Of a stretch of DNA of 64,000 bases, positions 42,584-55,657 are shown one piece after another. Position 1 is the first letter of the stretch. Each line of letters begins with the position of its first letter. The position numbers and the translations under genes are program-made. Source of the DNA: Eledone cirrhosa (lineage: Eukaryota); the NCBI GenBank assembly GCA_964016885.1, contig OZ024754.1, forward strand, positions 27,528,001 to 27,592,000, written 5' to 3'. The notes below the pieces were generated by a model. That model searched no databases. It had not been told where the DNA came from and saw only the letters and a list, made by a program, of their open reading frames with translations.

Positions 42584-42846
42584 AATAATAATAATAATAA
42601 TAATGTTTTCTTTATTAACCACAAGGGTTTACATAAAGTAGACATTAAGGACAGTACAGGACAATACAGGACTGTACAAATGGGCATTTCTGCGTGTAAA
42701 AAACAGAGGATGAAATAAAATAACAAAGAAAAATTCCCCAATAGGGGGGAGACTTCCGAGGGACATTTGTGGAGAAAGCCCATTAAAAGACCACAGTGAC
42801 CCTGACCACCAGGGCAAGTGCCCTCTCCCAGTTTTCCACCCTTAAT

Positions 42847-45800
42847 TTACAGACACATACTCAGAGAAGGCTCATTCATTCGGGCCATACTTGCTTCTCT
42901 CACCCATCTTTCAACAAAATGCTGGGAAGAGAGCATTTCCCTCTCTACCCTGATTTTCCTTTTCAAATGAAATTTGAAAAAGTTAATTAGGGCATCACCG
43001 AAGAGGTAAGTGCTCGTCTTCAGCCCTTTCAAACGTGTCCACCATACTATCTCTTTCGCCATGGCCACCAGACAGATAAAAACTGCCTGCCCTTCCCGGC
43101 TAAAGGAAGAGGGTGGGGAAATCCTCACGATGGACTCAGCTGATAGCTGGATCCGTCCTACACGTGACAGCAGGTGTTCGACATAAACCCACAAGTCAGC
43201 AATGCTCGGACACTGGACGAGTGCGTACAGGACGGTTTCGTCGCCCTGTGCGCATCTCGGACATGCCCGGCTGACGGCACCTCCATGCCTGTAGAGTTTA
43301 TCCCGAACTGGCAAAGCTCCCCGGTAGCACTGCCAGGCCAGGGATTTCTTGAAGTTGTCCATAGGCCCCGGCCCGAAAGTCCTTCCGAAGAGATTGGCTA
43401 GTTGATTTTCGTCGACGCCTAGACTTTTTCCAAGTACCTCGTCGGTCTTCCCCTCCACTAGTCCCCTATAGAACGCCAAGGTGGAGTTTCCACCGATCAC
43501 ATTGCCCGATTGGTCAAGGGCTGTGAGCGCTTGAAGACATTCCAGTCTCCAAGGAAGCCCGTCCCTTCCACCATCGGAGCGCGTCCCTTCCACAAGAAGC
43601 GAAAGAGCAAACGCTCAAGCGCAGTCAGGCGGGGCTTAGGACAAGGTACGACGGTCAGGCGGTAGTAGATGACGGACGCGATGTACGCGTTAGCCACCTC
43701 CGCTCGACCTTTCAGGGATAGCTTCCTCTCCGCCCATTTCTGGGTGAGAGAAGCCACCCTGCTCGTCACCTCGTCCCAGTTTTTGTCCGTCTGGAGGTCC
43801 GGACCGAACCAGACTCCTAGCAATTTAACCGGTCCGTCCGTCCAGCGTCCGACGACGCTGTTGGACGGCATGGACCTGCCTCTCCAGGTGCCTAGCTGCA
43901 GGCCCACTGACTTTTCCTGGTTGATCATTGCTCCTGTCACCGCTTCGTGTTCTCTTAGTGTAGTGCCGATCGCCTCGATGTGTTTGGCATTCGACACCAC
44001 TACGGTGACATCGTCCGCATATGCTGACACGGATCTTCCGCATCCTAGTTCTCGCGGGACCCCACCTCAACGTCTCCAGTTTGTGCAGTACGTACAATAG
44101 GGACGAGAGGGGACATCCTTGGCGGACCGAGCGCATGATGTTGAACGGTTCCGACAGGTGACCGTTCACTCTCACCACAGAGCAGATGTCGCTGTGCATG
44201 GCAGCGATCCAGCCTCTGAAGACTGGCCAAAAGCCAGCCGCACTCAGGAATGCCGCTAGATAACGATGGTCGACCCAATCGAAGGCTTTCGACTGATCTA
44301 AATTGATCAAAGACCCACCCGTGCCAGGTTCCCTAGCTACCCTCTCTACGATGTATCGCATGAGGTGGAGGTTGTCGTGGATGGATCTGTCGGGAATGGC
44401 GCATGTCTATGCTTCCCCCACTAGACCACCAACGACAAGCGCCAACCTCTTTGCTAGCACCTTGGCCAAAATCTTGAACTCTGTGTTTAGCAGGGTTATG
44501 GGCCTAAAATTATCTATGTTATCCCCCTTGTTCGGATCCTTTCTCAGCAGCGCCCCCGCTCCTCGGCTCACAGAGCTGGGAATTCTCCCGTTCTGTTGCC
44601 AGTTGCAGTAGACGTCCGCCAAGAGGCCTCCGAACAAGTCTGGCATCTGTACGTAAAGTTCATAGGGCAGACCATCCAAACCAGGCGATTTACCCCTTGT
44701 GCAGCCAGTCATTGCCTCCCGTACTTCAGCGGTTGTTATTGGCTTTTCGCAACACTCCGCCTCAGTGGCCGAAAGCCGCGGCAGTCCGTCGAGGTAGACA
44801 CTAAAGTCCACCCCTCGATCCGGTCCGCCACTGCCCCCGAACAGTTGAGCGAAGTGTCGCTGAAAAGCTTCACACATTTGCCCGGGATCGAGTAGCATGC
44901 GCCCGTCGTGGTCCACCAAAGACCGGATCGTGCCTTTGTTGCCACGACGCGCCTCCGCCACTCGGGCCCATTGAATGGCTTTCGTCCCCTCGTGTCTGAG
45001 AGCACGCACCCTAGCTCTGACAACACAGCCTTCGTGCTTTGCATTGAAGAATTGGTCAAGGGCCAATTTCGCCGCAAGTACGTCGGTCGCGATGCCTTTG
45101 CTAAGCGCCTCGTCTAATTTTCTAACTAATTCTCCCTCTGCTCTATTTTTCTCTATTGCTAAAGCCTTACTAAACCTAATGGACTCTATTCTAATTGCTC
45201 TTTTCAGAGCAAACCACCACTTGTTGTTGACGATGGCCCCCGTCAACGCCCGCTTAACTAGTTCGCTAATCCGGTCTCTGTAGGCCTTGCGCGCTGGTAA
45301 GGACGCGTTTAGCTTCCAGTAGCCGGGTCCTCGTCTATGAAGCCTATCTGAGTCAAGCACACAGATCACGAATTTGTGGTCCGTGTAGCTGACTATCTTG
45401 AATTGTGGACAGCTTATGCTAGACCTATCTATTTCCCTACAAAATACTCTATCTAGATATGATCTGGATGACCCTATGCGATTTGTCCAAATCCACATTG
45501 GTACATCCGGGAAATCCAATCGGTACCTGTCAGACAGTTCAAAACGCCTGAGCAGGTTGGTGAGACTCTTGCACCCTCCTTCCCTATCCACTAATCCCAC
45601 ACAATCCCAGCATGCATCTAAGATCCCGTTCCAGTCACCCACTAACACTAAAGAGCGGGACGTTCCAAGAAAGGTCTCTAGACGCCGGAAGAAATCAGGC
45701 CGCCCTGCTCCTGTCGGGGCATAGACGGCCACTAACCTGAAAGCTTGCCCGTCTCCGCTGGTCACGTCCAGCACCACCAACTTACCTTCTGGGTCCAGGA

Positions 45801-46057
45801 AGATGGCCCGTATGGCAAGATCCAAACCTCTCCGAAAAAGCACAGCAATTGCCTCCCCCCGATCCCGGACGGCTGGGAGATGCGTACACATCGTAGCCGC
45901 CGAAGATCGGTGCGAAGGCCCGTGCTTCGGAGATTCTGGTCTCGCTGATGGCCACTACATCTATGTTTAGTGACCTGAGGTCGTTGAGCAGGTGGCCCTG
46001 CTTCCATGACGACCCCAAGCCACGCGCATTTATGCTGCCTATTCTGAGTGAGGTCAT
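42847..46057 (-). pseudogene. Tx1-like ORF2, disrupted
   Basis: Near-identical to 57793-61212, with frameshifts, a stop and a deletion near 43560. Confidence 0.92.
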
Positions 46058-46091
46058 GTTGAAAAGGAGTGGAAAAAATGGGAAAGACCAC

Positions 46092-48054
46092 TTACCTTAC
46101 TTCTCGTAGGGGAAGTACGGTTTTTCCATCCTTTTCACTGCTTGTGGCCTCCTCAGGAAGGATGTCCTTATAAATCCTCCTGGAGAGTGCTTGTCGGAAG
46201 TCTCCGATGTCTTTGGGGAATTTTTGTTTTAGTGTCATGTATGTTTTCTGTGTGATGCGAGTGATTTGTATGTGTGGAGGTGGTGTGAATTTTTGGGTTG
46301 TTGTGTAGTCTTTTTCTGTGATGCTGGTCTTGTGTTGGATGTAGTGTAATAATTGCTTGTTCAAATTTAATGCTGTGTAGTGTGTAACCTTTTTTGGTTG
46401 TTTTGTTTTGTTTGCGTTTGTTGTGGGTTTGTTTCTGTTTCGCATTTTGGTGACTTTTGTGGTGTAGGTGATGGTGGTGTTGGTGTTAATGATGGTGATG
46501 GTGTTGGTGTTTGGGGTGATGGGGTTGGTGATGCTTGTGTGGATGGTGGCATATCTGTCCTAACTTTTTTGTTTGTTAATTTATTTGTTTCCCTCTGTAT
46601 TTAGTTTTTGGAGGGGGAAAGAAGAGAATTTTTTCTTTTTTGGTTTCTTTTCTTTTTTGCTGATACCGTTTCCCACGCCTCGTCGTCACAATCTGTCTCC
46701 AGTTGTGATAGGCCGGGGAGTGGAAAATCCTCCACAGGCGTTAGTTTTGGTTGTGGCGTGGTGGATCGTGTAGGCGCTGGTGCTAGTTCTGAAGCGTTGG
46801 GTGGTGGTGGTGTTGGTTTTGCTACTGTTGCTGGGGATGTTGCTGTTATAGTTGCTTCTGTTGTTGCTGCTACAGTTGTTGCTGCCATCTCTGCTGCTGG
46901 TGGTGTTGATGGTTGTGTCACTGAGGTGGGTAGGAGAGGTGGCCTCAACCTTTTAGCCTGAGGGCAGAAAGCCCTTAGGTGGGTTCCTTTACCACAAACG
47001 ACACACCTAGCCCTCGACAATTACGGTGAGATGTCTGCCGTCAGTGAGGTTTATTACCTCTGGGATCTCCTCAATGCTTTTTTGGTCCGCTTGGATCAGG
47101 AGCTCCATCCCAGATCCGGACCACTTCTCCTGCTTTTCTTTTGCTATTGCTATTATCTTTGTGTTGGCTTCAATGCCGGCGAGGACGGCCGCTATTAGCC
47201 AGGGAATTTCGATGGCCGGTGGAACGTGGGTCACCCTGATCTTTACAAGTCTCTGGCCACAATAGCTTGGGACGAGTGTGAAGTCGTCACTTCTTAATGG
47301 GGCCATGGAGTGTTCTCTAGCCTCCTCTGGTGTTTCAAAGAACACGTCCACGGTTCCATACTTCTGCCCACGTCTGATGTGGGTTTTTCTTGCCCACACA
47401 TGTCCCAAAGCTTTTTGGATTTGGGACTCGGATGCCCGTTCCACTCGGCGCGATTTTACATTTATTGTTCGATACGACACGGTGCATAGGCGCTGATGCT
47501 CCATTTTATTAGGTGTGTGTGTGTGGGGGGGGGGCTGACCCTGTCCCCATCTTTCTTTACCATTTGTTTGGCATTTTCTAAATCCTCCTGAGTTACCGTA
47601 AATGCTTCGAACTGTTTTGCTACTCTGGCAAAACTCAGGGTGGTTTTTTTATGTCATTGTTGTTGTTGTTGCTATCGTTATTTTTGTTATTATTAATTTT
47701 AGTTTCAGTTGTGGTGGTGGTGACGTCAGTGATAGTCGGTTTGGGAGAGTCCATTTTGGTTGAAAATATTTCGAGATCACGAGTTGATTTATTTTTTCCT
47801 TTTGTTTCTGTTGTCGCGGTGGTGGTGGGGGTGGTGGTTGTCGCGGTGGTGGTGGTGGTGGTGGCGTCTTTAACACCTGCAGTCATTGGTAATGGCGGGA
47901 AATGAATGTCTGCCTGAGACAAATTAAAAATATTGCTAGTGCTTAAATTGTTTGTGTTGGAAGACGTATAATCATTCACAATGGTGGTGTCGGTGTGAGG
48001 TGTTAATTTGTGAGAAAGGCTTTCAGCTGCTTGGTGCAGTGGTGAATTAGCCAT
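46092..48054 (-). pseudogene. Tx1-like ORF1 with CCHC knuckle, disrupted
   Basis: CVVCGKGTHLRAFC; central domain homologous to ORF1 of F. Confidence 0.88.
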
Positions 48055-48300
48055 TTTTTTTCAAAGAAATTTTTTGATAATCATAAAAGTTTAAATTTTG
48101 GGCACAAGGCCCCAATCTTTTTGGGTGTCCTTTTCGGAAAACAATGTATGAGCGCTTATATATAGTTAAAAATAAAAATTTTCCATAAATGGCAATTTTT
48201 AACAAACGGAAATAACAAACCTTTGCGGAACTCACGATGATACGATTTACTACGTAGGTCGCCAATAATAATAATAAGAAGAAGAAGTAGAAGAAGAAGA

Positions 48301-48420
48301 AACACCCTATTTACAAGGAGGAGGCTAGCCAACTGTGTAGGATCTGTGGGGAGAGAGAGGAGACTGGCTCACATTGTATCACTTTCCAGTTAAATAACAT
48401 CAATGACTGAGACTCAAAGA
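48301..48420 (+). mobile_element. Tiny internally deleted Dong-like remnant (E family)
   Basis: Zinc-finger coding piece fused to the 3' UTR end (actttccagtt...aatgactgagactcaaaga), followed by (TAA)n. Confidence 0.75.
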
Positions 48421-48435
48421 ATAATAATAATAATA

Positions 48436-48498
48436 ATTGTTTCTACTTTTGGCACAAGGCCAGTAATTATCCCAGTGTATTACTGGTACTTTATTTTA
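48436..48498 (-). mobile_element. SINE S1 3' fragment
   Basis: Reverse complement of the S1 tail (compare 48810-48872). Confidence 0.7.
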
Positions 48499-48608
48499 TA
48501 ATAATAATAATAATAATAATAATTATTATTATTATTATTATAAATATATATGTATATATATATGTATGTATATATGTGTATATATATATATGTATGTATA
48601 TATATATG

Positions 48609-48687
<79 letters not shown>

Positions 48688-48759
48688 CATATATATGTGT
48701 ATATGTATATGCATATATATACATGTATGACTTCCTAATTATGGCATTATATTACAGAA

Positions 48760-48875
48760 TCTGAGTTCAAATCCCGCCGAGGTTAACTTTGCCTTTCATC
48801 CATACATCGATAAAATAAAGTACCAGTAATACACTGGATAATTGCTGGCCTTGTGCCAAAAGTAGAAACAATTAT
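48760..48875 (+). mobile_element. SINE S1, 5'-truncated
   Basis: Near-identical to 6169-6288. Confidence 0.75.
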
Positions 48876-50130
48876 ATTACAGAATCAGTGGTTTAAATTC
48901 AATAATACTTTCCATATATATTAAAACAATTATTTATGGTTGGCTATTCGCATTTTAATGAATATGAACTGATAAGAACATCTTTATGAATAATAAATGT
49001 GTAATGTACTGTGGTATGATAATAAGTTTTACTTTAGGCACATAGCCAGGAGAAGAGAAAGCCGATTAAATCAGCTCCAGTCCGTGATTGGTATTTTAAT
49101 TATCTGATGCGAAATGATGAATCAGAGATTACCTTGGTAGAAATTTAAAATAGATCGCAAAAATGCATAAGTATTTACCCCAAAAACATATTGTTTGATA
49201 ATTTAATGATTCTGTGAATCCACTACTATAGAATGTGTCGATAAAATACACATTTATTTACATTGTCACTAAATGTTTAATCGTAAACCTGCATGTCTGA
49301 GGCAGGCCATTCAGACACTGGAAGTTTAATCAACATCAAAACACACCCACGGAAATGTGTTTGTATAAACAACAACCTAAGAATTTCTCAAGAAATAACC
49401 AATCGACCGCGTTGTAGAGAGGTTAGTTCTCACAAATAGAGAAATACAGTCTAATCAAACGAATACTGTGGTCAAAGAGCAACAGAAAAACACATATTTC
49501 CCAATCGAAGAATTGTAAATAGCAATAACTTCCACACCAGATAACATGAATTTTGCTTACATTCTTTGTCTTTAAATTATTTCTAAGTTATTATTTGTTA
49601 TTATTATGTTTCTCTTTTTGCGCATTATATGACAATCTCACATTGTGTCAAGGCAAGAATAATGCAAGCCATTAAATTGATGGAATATGTACAGTGAGAG
49701 AAAGTCCATTGACCAGAATGTTCTAAACATCCACCGTAACATATCATCAACCATAAGAGTACATATCAACGTAGTGGAGATTCCTAAAATTGTTATAGCT
49801 GAGGTACACCACCGGAAAAGTTAAAACTTTCTAGATAATATGGCAACAGAAATATCTAGTGACTTCATGAAAGACTCAGAAAAGACACGTGAATTGATAA
49901 GCGAGGCGAAACATTGTTAATCTTTGAAACAAAATATACAGCATTCCTCCCAAAATGTAAACATAACATGCTCAGCATAAATCATTATCTTGGAAATATC
50001 CTTCACAAACAAATAGATTCGACAAAACCATATATGTCCCAAAAGATTAGGTTATTTATCACAAAATCTTACCGAGTTAATATGAAATAAGTTAAGAATG
50101 CCAAAGAAAGAAAACTAACCATTAGCTATA

Positions 50131-50192
<62 letters not shown>

Positions 50193-50205
50193 ATTATTAT
50201 TATTA

Positions 50206-51461
50206 CAGTTGCATTTATCTTGCTTTATGTTCATACGAGTTATCATCAAGTCACAACCAGTGACCTCAAGAGACAACAAGGTCCGCCATGTTCAAGAAAG
50301 AACATACATACTCAGACATGCATCTTTAGTGTTGTTTCCTGGGATTTGCGATAAGTAATCATTAGACCCCTTAGGTATCATTCCCAGAGCGCCTACAACC
50401 ACTGGTATTGTTTTAGTTCTCAATTTCCACATTTTACCAATTTCTATCTCCAGGTCCTTATACTTGCTCAATTTTTCAAATGTTTTTATAGATACATTCT
50501 TGTCTATTGGAACAGACATATCAATTAGCAGGCATACCCTCTTTTTAAAGTCCTTCAATATTATATCAGGTCTATTTGCATCTATTTTTCGGTCTGTTTG
50601 GATGCTAAAGTTCCACAAGATTGAGATGTGATCTTTTTCAAGTATGGGAGGTGGTTGATGCTCCCACCAATTCTTTTGATGGGGCAGGTCAAAATGCTTA
50701 CACATTATCCAATGTATGTATTGTGCAGCTCTGTCATGCCTGTTTAGGTATTCGGTTGGAGCTATAGGACTGCACATTGAAATTATATGGTCAATGGTCT
50801 CTGGTTGTTTTTTGCATACACGGCATAATGGGCTGCATCCATTTTTTATTATGTTGGCTTGGTAATTTTTTGTTGGCAGACACTGATCTTGTGCTGATAT
50901 AATCAGTCCTTCAGTCTCCGATTTCAGTCCAGAGGATGCCAACCACTGATGGGTTAAAGTTTTGTCAACATCAGCATTGTTAGCTCGCTCTGGGTATTTT
51001 CCATACAGAGGCTTTTCTTGCCATTTCTTAGCCAGTTTCTGTAGCAGTTCTTTCTGTGCAGTTACTTTTACCTGCTTTGGTTTTTCTGTGTTTTCCATTT
51101 CAGCAGTAAATGGGACTTCTGAAATTTGTAGTCCATTACTGTATCTTTGTGCATCTTTTGTAATGAAATATGATCTTTTGATGCTTTCGTGTTTCAAAAC
51201 GAGTTTGATCATCCAATCATGTGATTCCCTTAGATATGTAGATAATCCAATTGTTGCAGTTTTCAACGCAATGTCTAACTGGATTAACCAACGTCCTCCT
51301 TCTTTCCTAGGGAGATATATTCTATCTATATCTGCCCAAGGGTGATGTATTCTGTGCATGGTTAAGAATTTTCGGATTTTTGTATCGAGCCTACGGATCT
51401 CTGTGCTTGATCAGTTGATGACGTTGTAACTGTAGGTTACTACTGGTATGGCAAGCGTGTT
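50206..51461 (-). mobile_element. 5'-truncated copy of Dong-like family C
   Basis: Near-identical to ~41243-42583, with an ~90-bp deletion over the stop codon. (TAA)n on both flanks in element sense. Confidence 0.92.
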
Positions 51462-51495
51462 TATTATTATTATTATTATTATTGTTATTGTTATT

Positions 51496-54400
51496 CCTTG
51501 AATCTCAGTCATTGATGTTGGTTAACTGGAAAGTCCGTTGGATTGAATATCGAGCCACTACCTGCAGCCTCAGATATTCAGGACGTATCGGAGGGTTCTT
51601 GCTGTTCCAAGCAAGCATGCCTTTTGAAGCGTTCCAAAAAGCGTGAAGGGGCCGATTTTCTTTAACCATCCCTGGAAACTTTTGGAGATAGTCCCCAGTG
51701 CGCCTATGACAATCGGGATCACTTTGACTTCATGGCAGTTCCAAATCCTTTTCACCTCCCACTTTAGGTCCTGGTATCGGTTAATTTTCTCCCTCTCCTT
51801 CTCTTGCACTCTCGTGTCGAACGGGCAGGCCACATCCACAATCAGGCACGATCTTTTTTCTTTGTCCACAACCACCAGGTCAGGTCTATTGTGTTCCAGT
51901 TTTTTGTCCGTCTGTATCCTAAAATCCCACAGCACCTTCACCTGATTGTTCTCCATCACCGCCTCTGGCCTATGCTCATACCATTTCTCAGAATGTGGTA
52001 GATTGTTTACTTTGCACAGGTGCCAGTGGATCACCCTGCCCATCACATCGTGTTTCCAGCCCTTATAGTGGGTCTGGGCTAGGTGTTTACACTCGGACAC
52101 AATGTGAGCCACAGTCTCCTCTCTCTCTCCACATATCCTGCACAGTGGGCTGGCCTCCTCCTTGTAGATATGGTGCTTCAACCACTTCGTTTTGAGGGCC
52201 TGCTCCTGCGCAGCCATTAGCATTCCTTCTGTAGCCTTTTTGAGGTCTCCTCTTCTCAACCAGTTCCATGTCTGTGGATCTCTAAATTCAGTTTTCTCAA
52301 AGAAGGTACTATGAAGGGGTTTTCCCTTAAGGCTGCTCTTCCTCCTTGATGTTATTTCCTCCCTGGACATCCCCTGGCCTACTGTCCCCTCCTTCAGTAC
52401 AGCTCTGAGCATTGGCTCCTTACTATAGGTCACGTATTTGTATAGGTTGTTTTTCTCCATCTGAACACAGTCCTCTATGCTGATAAGACCTCTTCCACCC
52501 TCAGATCTCCTTAGGTAGAGTCTATCGACATCACTCCTCTTGTGGAACATGTTGTAGATAGTCAATAGCTTCCTAGTCTTCCTATCCATTTCTTTCTGTT
52601 CAGCAACATTCCATCTCAGAATTCCCGCACTGTACCTAATAATAGACACAGCTCGGGAATTTACTGCGCTTATGGCATTTCTGCTGTTCAGATGTGACTT
52701 CAATACGCTCCTTACTCTCCGAATGTATTCAGTTCTTAACAATTCCTTCATTTTTTTGTTCTTTATGCCATCAGCCTCCAGAACGCCCAAATACTTGTAT
52801 CCTTCCTCAGAGTCAATTTCCTTTATCATCTCACCTGTTGGTATCTGGATCCCGTTACTTCTGCTCAACCTACCCCTCTTCATCACAATGACTCCACATT
52901 TACCAATACCAAACTGCATACATATATCACTGCTGAAAATACGGACAGTGTCAACAAGCACATCCAACTCCTTCTCACTTTTCCCGAAGAGCTTAAGATC
53001 GTCCATGAAGAGGAGGTGATTGATGGTAAGCTCTCCCCTTCCCAACTTGTATCCTGCTCTCACTTTTCGCAGCATAATGGTCAAGGGCATCAGGGCAAGG
53101 ACAAACAACAGAGAGGACAGGCTATCTCCCTGGAAGATACCTCTCTTGATCTTCACGCTTCCCAAGGATACTCCAGTTGATGTCAACTCTGTCTCCCAGG
53201 ACCCCATACTCCTGCCTAGCAACTGTCTGATGTTATCCGCCACCCTGAAGATCTCCAGGCTTTTGGTGATCCAGGAATGAGGCACCATGTCAAATGCCTT
53301 TCTGTAGTCTATCCATCCCATGGCAAGATCAGTGTGTCTCCTCCTGCAATTCCCCATTACCATCTTATCAATAAGCAACTGGTCCTTTGTACCACGTGAC
53401 TTCTTTCGGCATCCTTTCTGTTCGTCCGGTAACAAGTTGTTTGTGTGGAGGTGGTGGTAGATTTCCTCAGACACAATGCTCGTCAACAGTTTCCACATTA
53501 CGGGCAGACATGTGATAGGTCTATAGTTGGTAGCATCATTACCCTTGATTCGGTCTTTCATTATCAGAACTGTGGTACCTTTTGTCAACCACTCTGGCAC
53601 CTCACCCGACACCAAGCAGTCATTGAACATGGCCGTCAGCTTCGGGTGGAGGGATGTTAGATGTTTAATCCAATACCCCTGCACACCATCTGGGCCTGGC
53701 GATTTCCAGTTGGTTAGATTTTTGGCTTGTCCCTTAAGAGTTTCAACTGTGATACTCAAATCAGTCTGTTGCTGTGCCTGCTCACCGATCTCCCTCTGTA
53801 CTGTCTCAATCCACCCTGCCTGGGCATTGTGTCTAACATCCTGCTCCCATATTCCTCTCCAGAATGTTTTAGTTTGCTCCGCCCCAGGGATCAAGTCGTT
53901 GCCTCTTTCTTTGCCCTCAAGCTGTCCAAACAGCATCTTCTGGTTGTTGTCGAACATGCGGTTCTGTTTATACTGACTGACTCTGTTCTCGTATCGCCTG
54001 ATTTTTGCACTCTTTGCTACAATGCGTTGCTTCAATTCCTCTATGATAATATTTAGCTTTTTACTCCTAGTTTTGTATTTTATTTCCAGTCTATTTTTAG
54101 TGCCTATGTTTTTTAGTGTCCCATTCAGTAGTGACTCAAGCTTTCCTATGTCATTTCTCATTTCCCCGATTTGCCCACTCAGTCGCTTCTTCCACCACGG
54201 CTCTGCTCTTTCTTGTCTGTTGTTTCCTCTCGCTTTTATACCAAGTAGTTTCCTCACCGTATTTGCTGTTGCTCTGAGGATATTGTTGCACTGGTGAAGG
54301 CTCCTCGCCTCAAGGTATGGGATGACTTTGTTTACCTTAGCTGTTGTTTCTTTTAACTTTTTCCTGTCTACAAATCTTAGGTTCATAGGTCTCCCACTAT

Positions 54401-55405
54401 CATTGTTCAATTCATCTACCACTAAATTTAGGATGTCAACCGAATCTTGTCCTAGCCCGTCAGCATTCATCTCCTCAGTGGCCGTATCTCTGTTCCAGGT
54501 ATTATTTATCTCAGTACTCAGATCATTGTCTGCTTCGGGTGGTTCCTCCGTTCTCAGGACCTCCTCACCTTCATTTCCCACCGGCTCGCTTGTCTGGCAT
54601 ACTACACCCGCCATCTCCAAGCCATTCTCTCTGCTCAGTTCCTCCAGTTCCAGCTCGCTTATCCACCCATTAGTTCTTATTACCCGAGCCTGCCCGGCCA
54701 ATTTTTGTTCATCTAATTTAAATAAACCAATCTCGTTCCAGATGTTATGCATCCGTCTCCTGTAGCCCCTCTCCTTGGGGTTACTTTTCAGGTAGCATTG
54801 CATAACAGTTCTATTCAATTCTTTCGTCCAGTTGGTTCTGGCCCCTTTCCTTCCTCTCCTTCCTCCAACATCAGCAGTATTTGGTTGACAGTCAGGTTCC
54901 TGCTGCTGAGCCAGGGGGCACCTGTTGGGTGAGAGTCTGTCACATGACGTTCTAGTCTCCATTTCACCGTTATTCGAACTGTTTATGTTCGATATTTAAA
55001 CACTCTTATCGAGGATTGGCGAATGTATGTTTACATAGCCATCTGTGGATCCGCCATCCCACTTGGCCCTTGTGTGGCATTATCACCACGCTGTATACGA
55101 ACACACATAAACAAACAAACACACAGGCAGAAAGGGCCCCAGAAATGAATAAGCATAAGTTTCATTGTAATGTAGTGTTCGAATGTCTGACTTAGTTTTA
55201 TTTTTTTAAGTTTTACTTTTTCCCCCCTCTTCTCTGTCCGTCCGCCTGCTTCTCTCTTCATTCTTATTTTCTTTACGTTTTTGGGGTTTCTTTTTTTTGT
55301 TTTTGTTTTTCTCGTTTTTTGCTGTTGTTGCTGTGCTGCTTTGGTTTTGTTGTTTGTTTTTTCTTTTTTCTTTTGGGTCTATCTATATATTTTGATGCCT
55401 TCCTC

Positions 55406-55409
<4 letters not shown>
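51496..55409 (-). mobile_element. R4/Dong-like non-LTR retrotransposon E, full length
   Basis: Intact single ORF; (TAA)n on both flanks in element sense. Confidence 0.94.
51570..54962 (-). CDS. R4/Dong-like protein: N-terminal domain, reverse transcriptase, CCHC finger, REL endonuclease (1130 aa)
   Basis: WKSPGPDG, NYRPITCL, IDYRKAFD, QGDSLS, FMDD, YKYLG, CRIC..H..C, KHD, RPD..D..EK..RY. Confidence 0.95.
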   Translation of the reverse strand: METRTSCDRLSPNRCPLAQQQEPDCQPNTADVGGRRGRKGARTNWTKELNRTVMQCYLKSNPKERGYRRRMHNIWNEIGLFKLDEQKLAGQARVIRTNGWISELELEELSRENGLEMAGVVCQTSEPVGNEGEEVLRTEEPPEADNDLSTEINNTWNRDTATEEMNADGLGQDSVDILNLVVDELNNDSGRPMNLRFVDRKKLKETTAKVNKVIPYLEARSLHQCNNILRATANTVRKLLGIKARGNNRQERAEPWWKKRLSGQIGEMRNDIGKLESLLNGTLKNIGTKNRLEIKYKTRSKKLNIIIEELKQRIVAKSAKIRRYENRVSQYKQNRMFDNNQKMLFGQLEGKERGNDLIPGAEQTKTFWRGIWEQDVRHNAQAGWIETVQREIGEQAQQQTDLSITVETLKGQAKNLTNWKSPGPDGVQGYWIKHLTSLHPKLTAMFNDCLVSGEVPEWLTKGTTVLIMKDRIKGNDATNYRPITCLPVMWKLLTSIVSEEIYHHLHTNNLLPDEQKGCRKKSRGTKDQLLIDKMVMGNCRRRHTDLAMGWIDYRKAFDMVPHSWITKSLEIFRVADNIRQLLGRSMGSWETELTSTGVSLGSVKIKRGIFQGDSLSSLLFVLALMPLTIMLRKVRAGYKLGRGELTINHLLFMDDLKLFGKSEKELDVLVDTVRIFSSDICMQFGIGKCGVIVMKRGRLSRSNGIQIPTGEMIKEIDSEEGYKYLGVLEADGIKNKKMKELLRTEYIRRVRSVLKSHLNSRNAISAVNSRAVSIIRYSAGILRWNVAEQKEMDRKTRKLLTIYNMFHKRSDVDRLYLRRSEGGRGLISIEDCVQMEKNNLYKYVTYSKEPMLRAVLKEGTVGQGMSREEITSRRKSSLKGKPLHSTFFEKTEFRDPQTWNWLRRGDLKKATEGMLMAAQEQALKTKWLKHHIYKEEASPLCRICGEREETVAHIVSECKHLAQTHYKGWKHDVMGRVIHWHLCKVNNLPHSEKWYEHRPEAVMENNQVKVLWDFRIQTDKKLEHNRPDLVVVDKEKRSCLIVDVACPFDTRVQEKEREKINRYQDLKWEVKRIWNCHEVKVIPIVIGALGTISKSFQGWLKKIGPFTLFGTLQKACLLGTARTLRYVLNI

Positions 55410-55444
<35 letters not shown>

Positions 55445-55657
55445 GAATGCCATGGTTGACGGAGGCTCGGCTCTGTAAGGTATAGTAATTTTTAACCGTT
55501 AAAACAATTGTAAATTGTTTAAAACTTGAACCAAATTGTTGATAAAGACACCCTCCTCCTCGTGAGAGGGGTCTTTCTGTCCGTTATTTGGCCCTTCGGG
55601 GTTAAATAGCCAGTTATTGGGGTTTTGTACCCAAAATTTCATTTTAAACAAAAAAAC

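Larger units (their letters stand above)
42605..48263 (-). mobile_element. L1/Tx1-like element D, full length, decayed (same family as A)
   Basis: 5' ggcgacctacgt... as in A. ORF1 48054-46092 and ORF2 46057-42847 are both frameshifted. (ATT)n on both flanks. Confidence 0.93.

Noticed and set aside
49620-50100. Coding-like A-rich stretch
   Set aside because: No long ORF and no identifiable domain; possibly an ancient TE remnant but unsupported.
55545-55612. Two hairpins in the F 5' UTR (TCCTCGT loop sequence, cUUCGg) as an HDV-like ribozyme
   Set aside because: Could not build P1, P2 and P3 in the required nested order.
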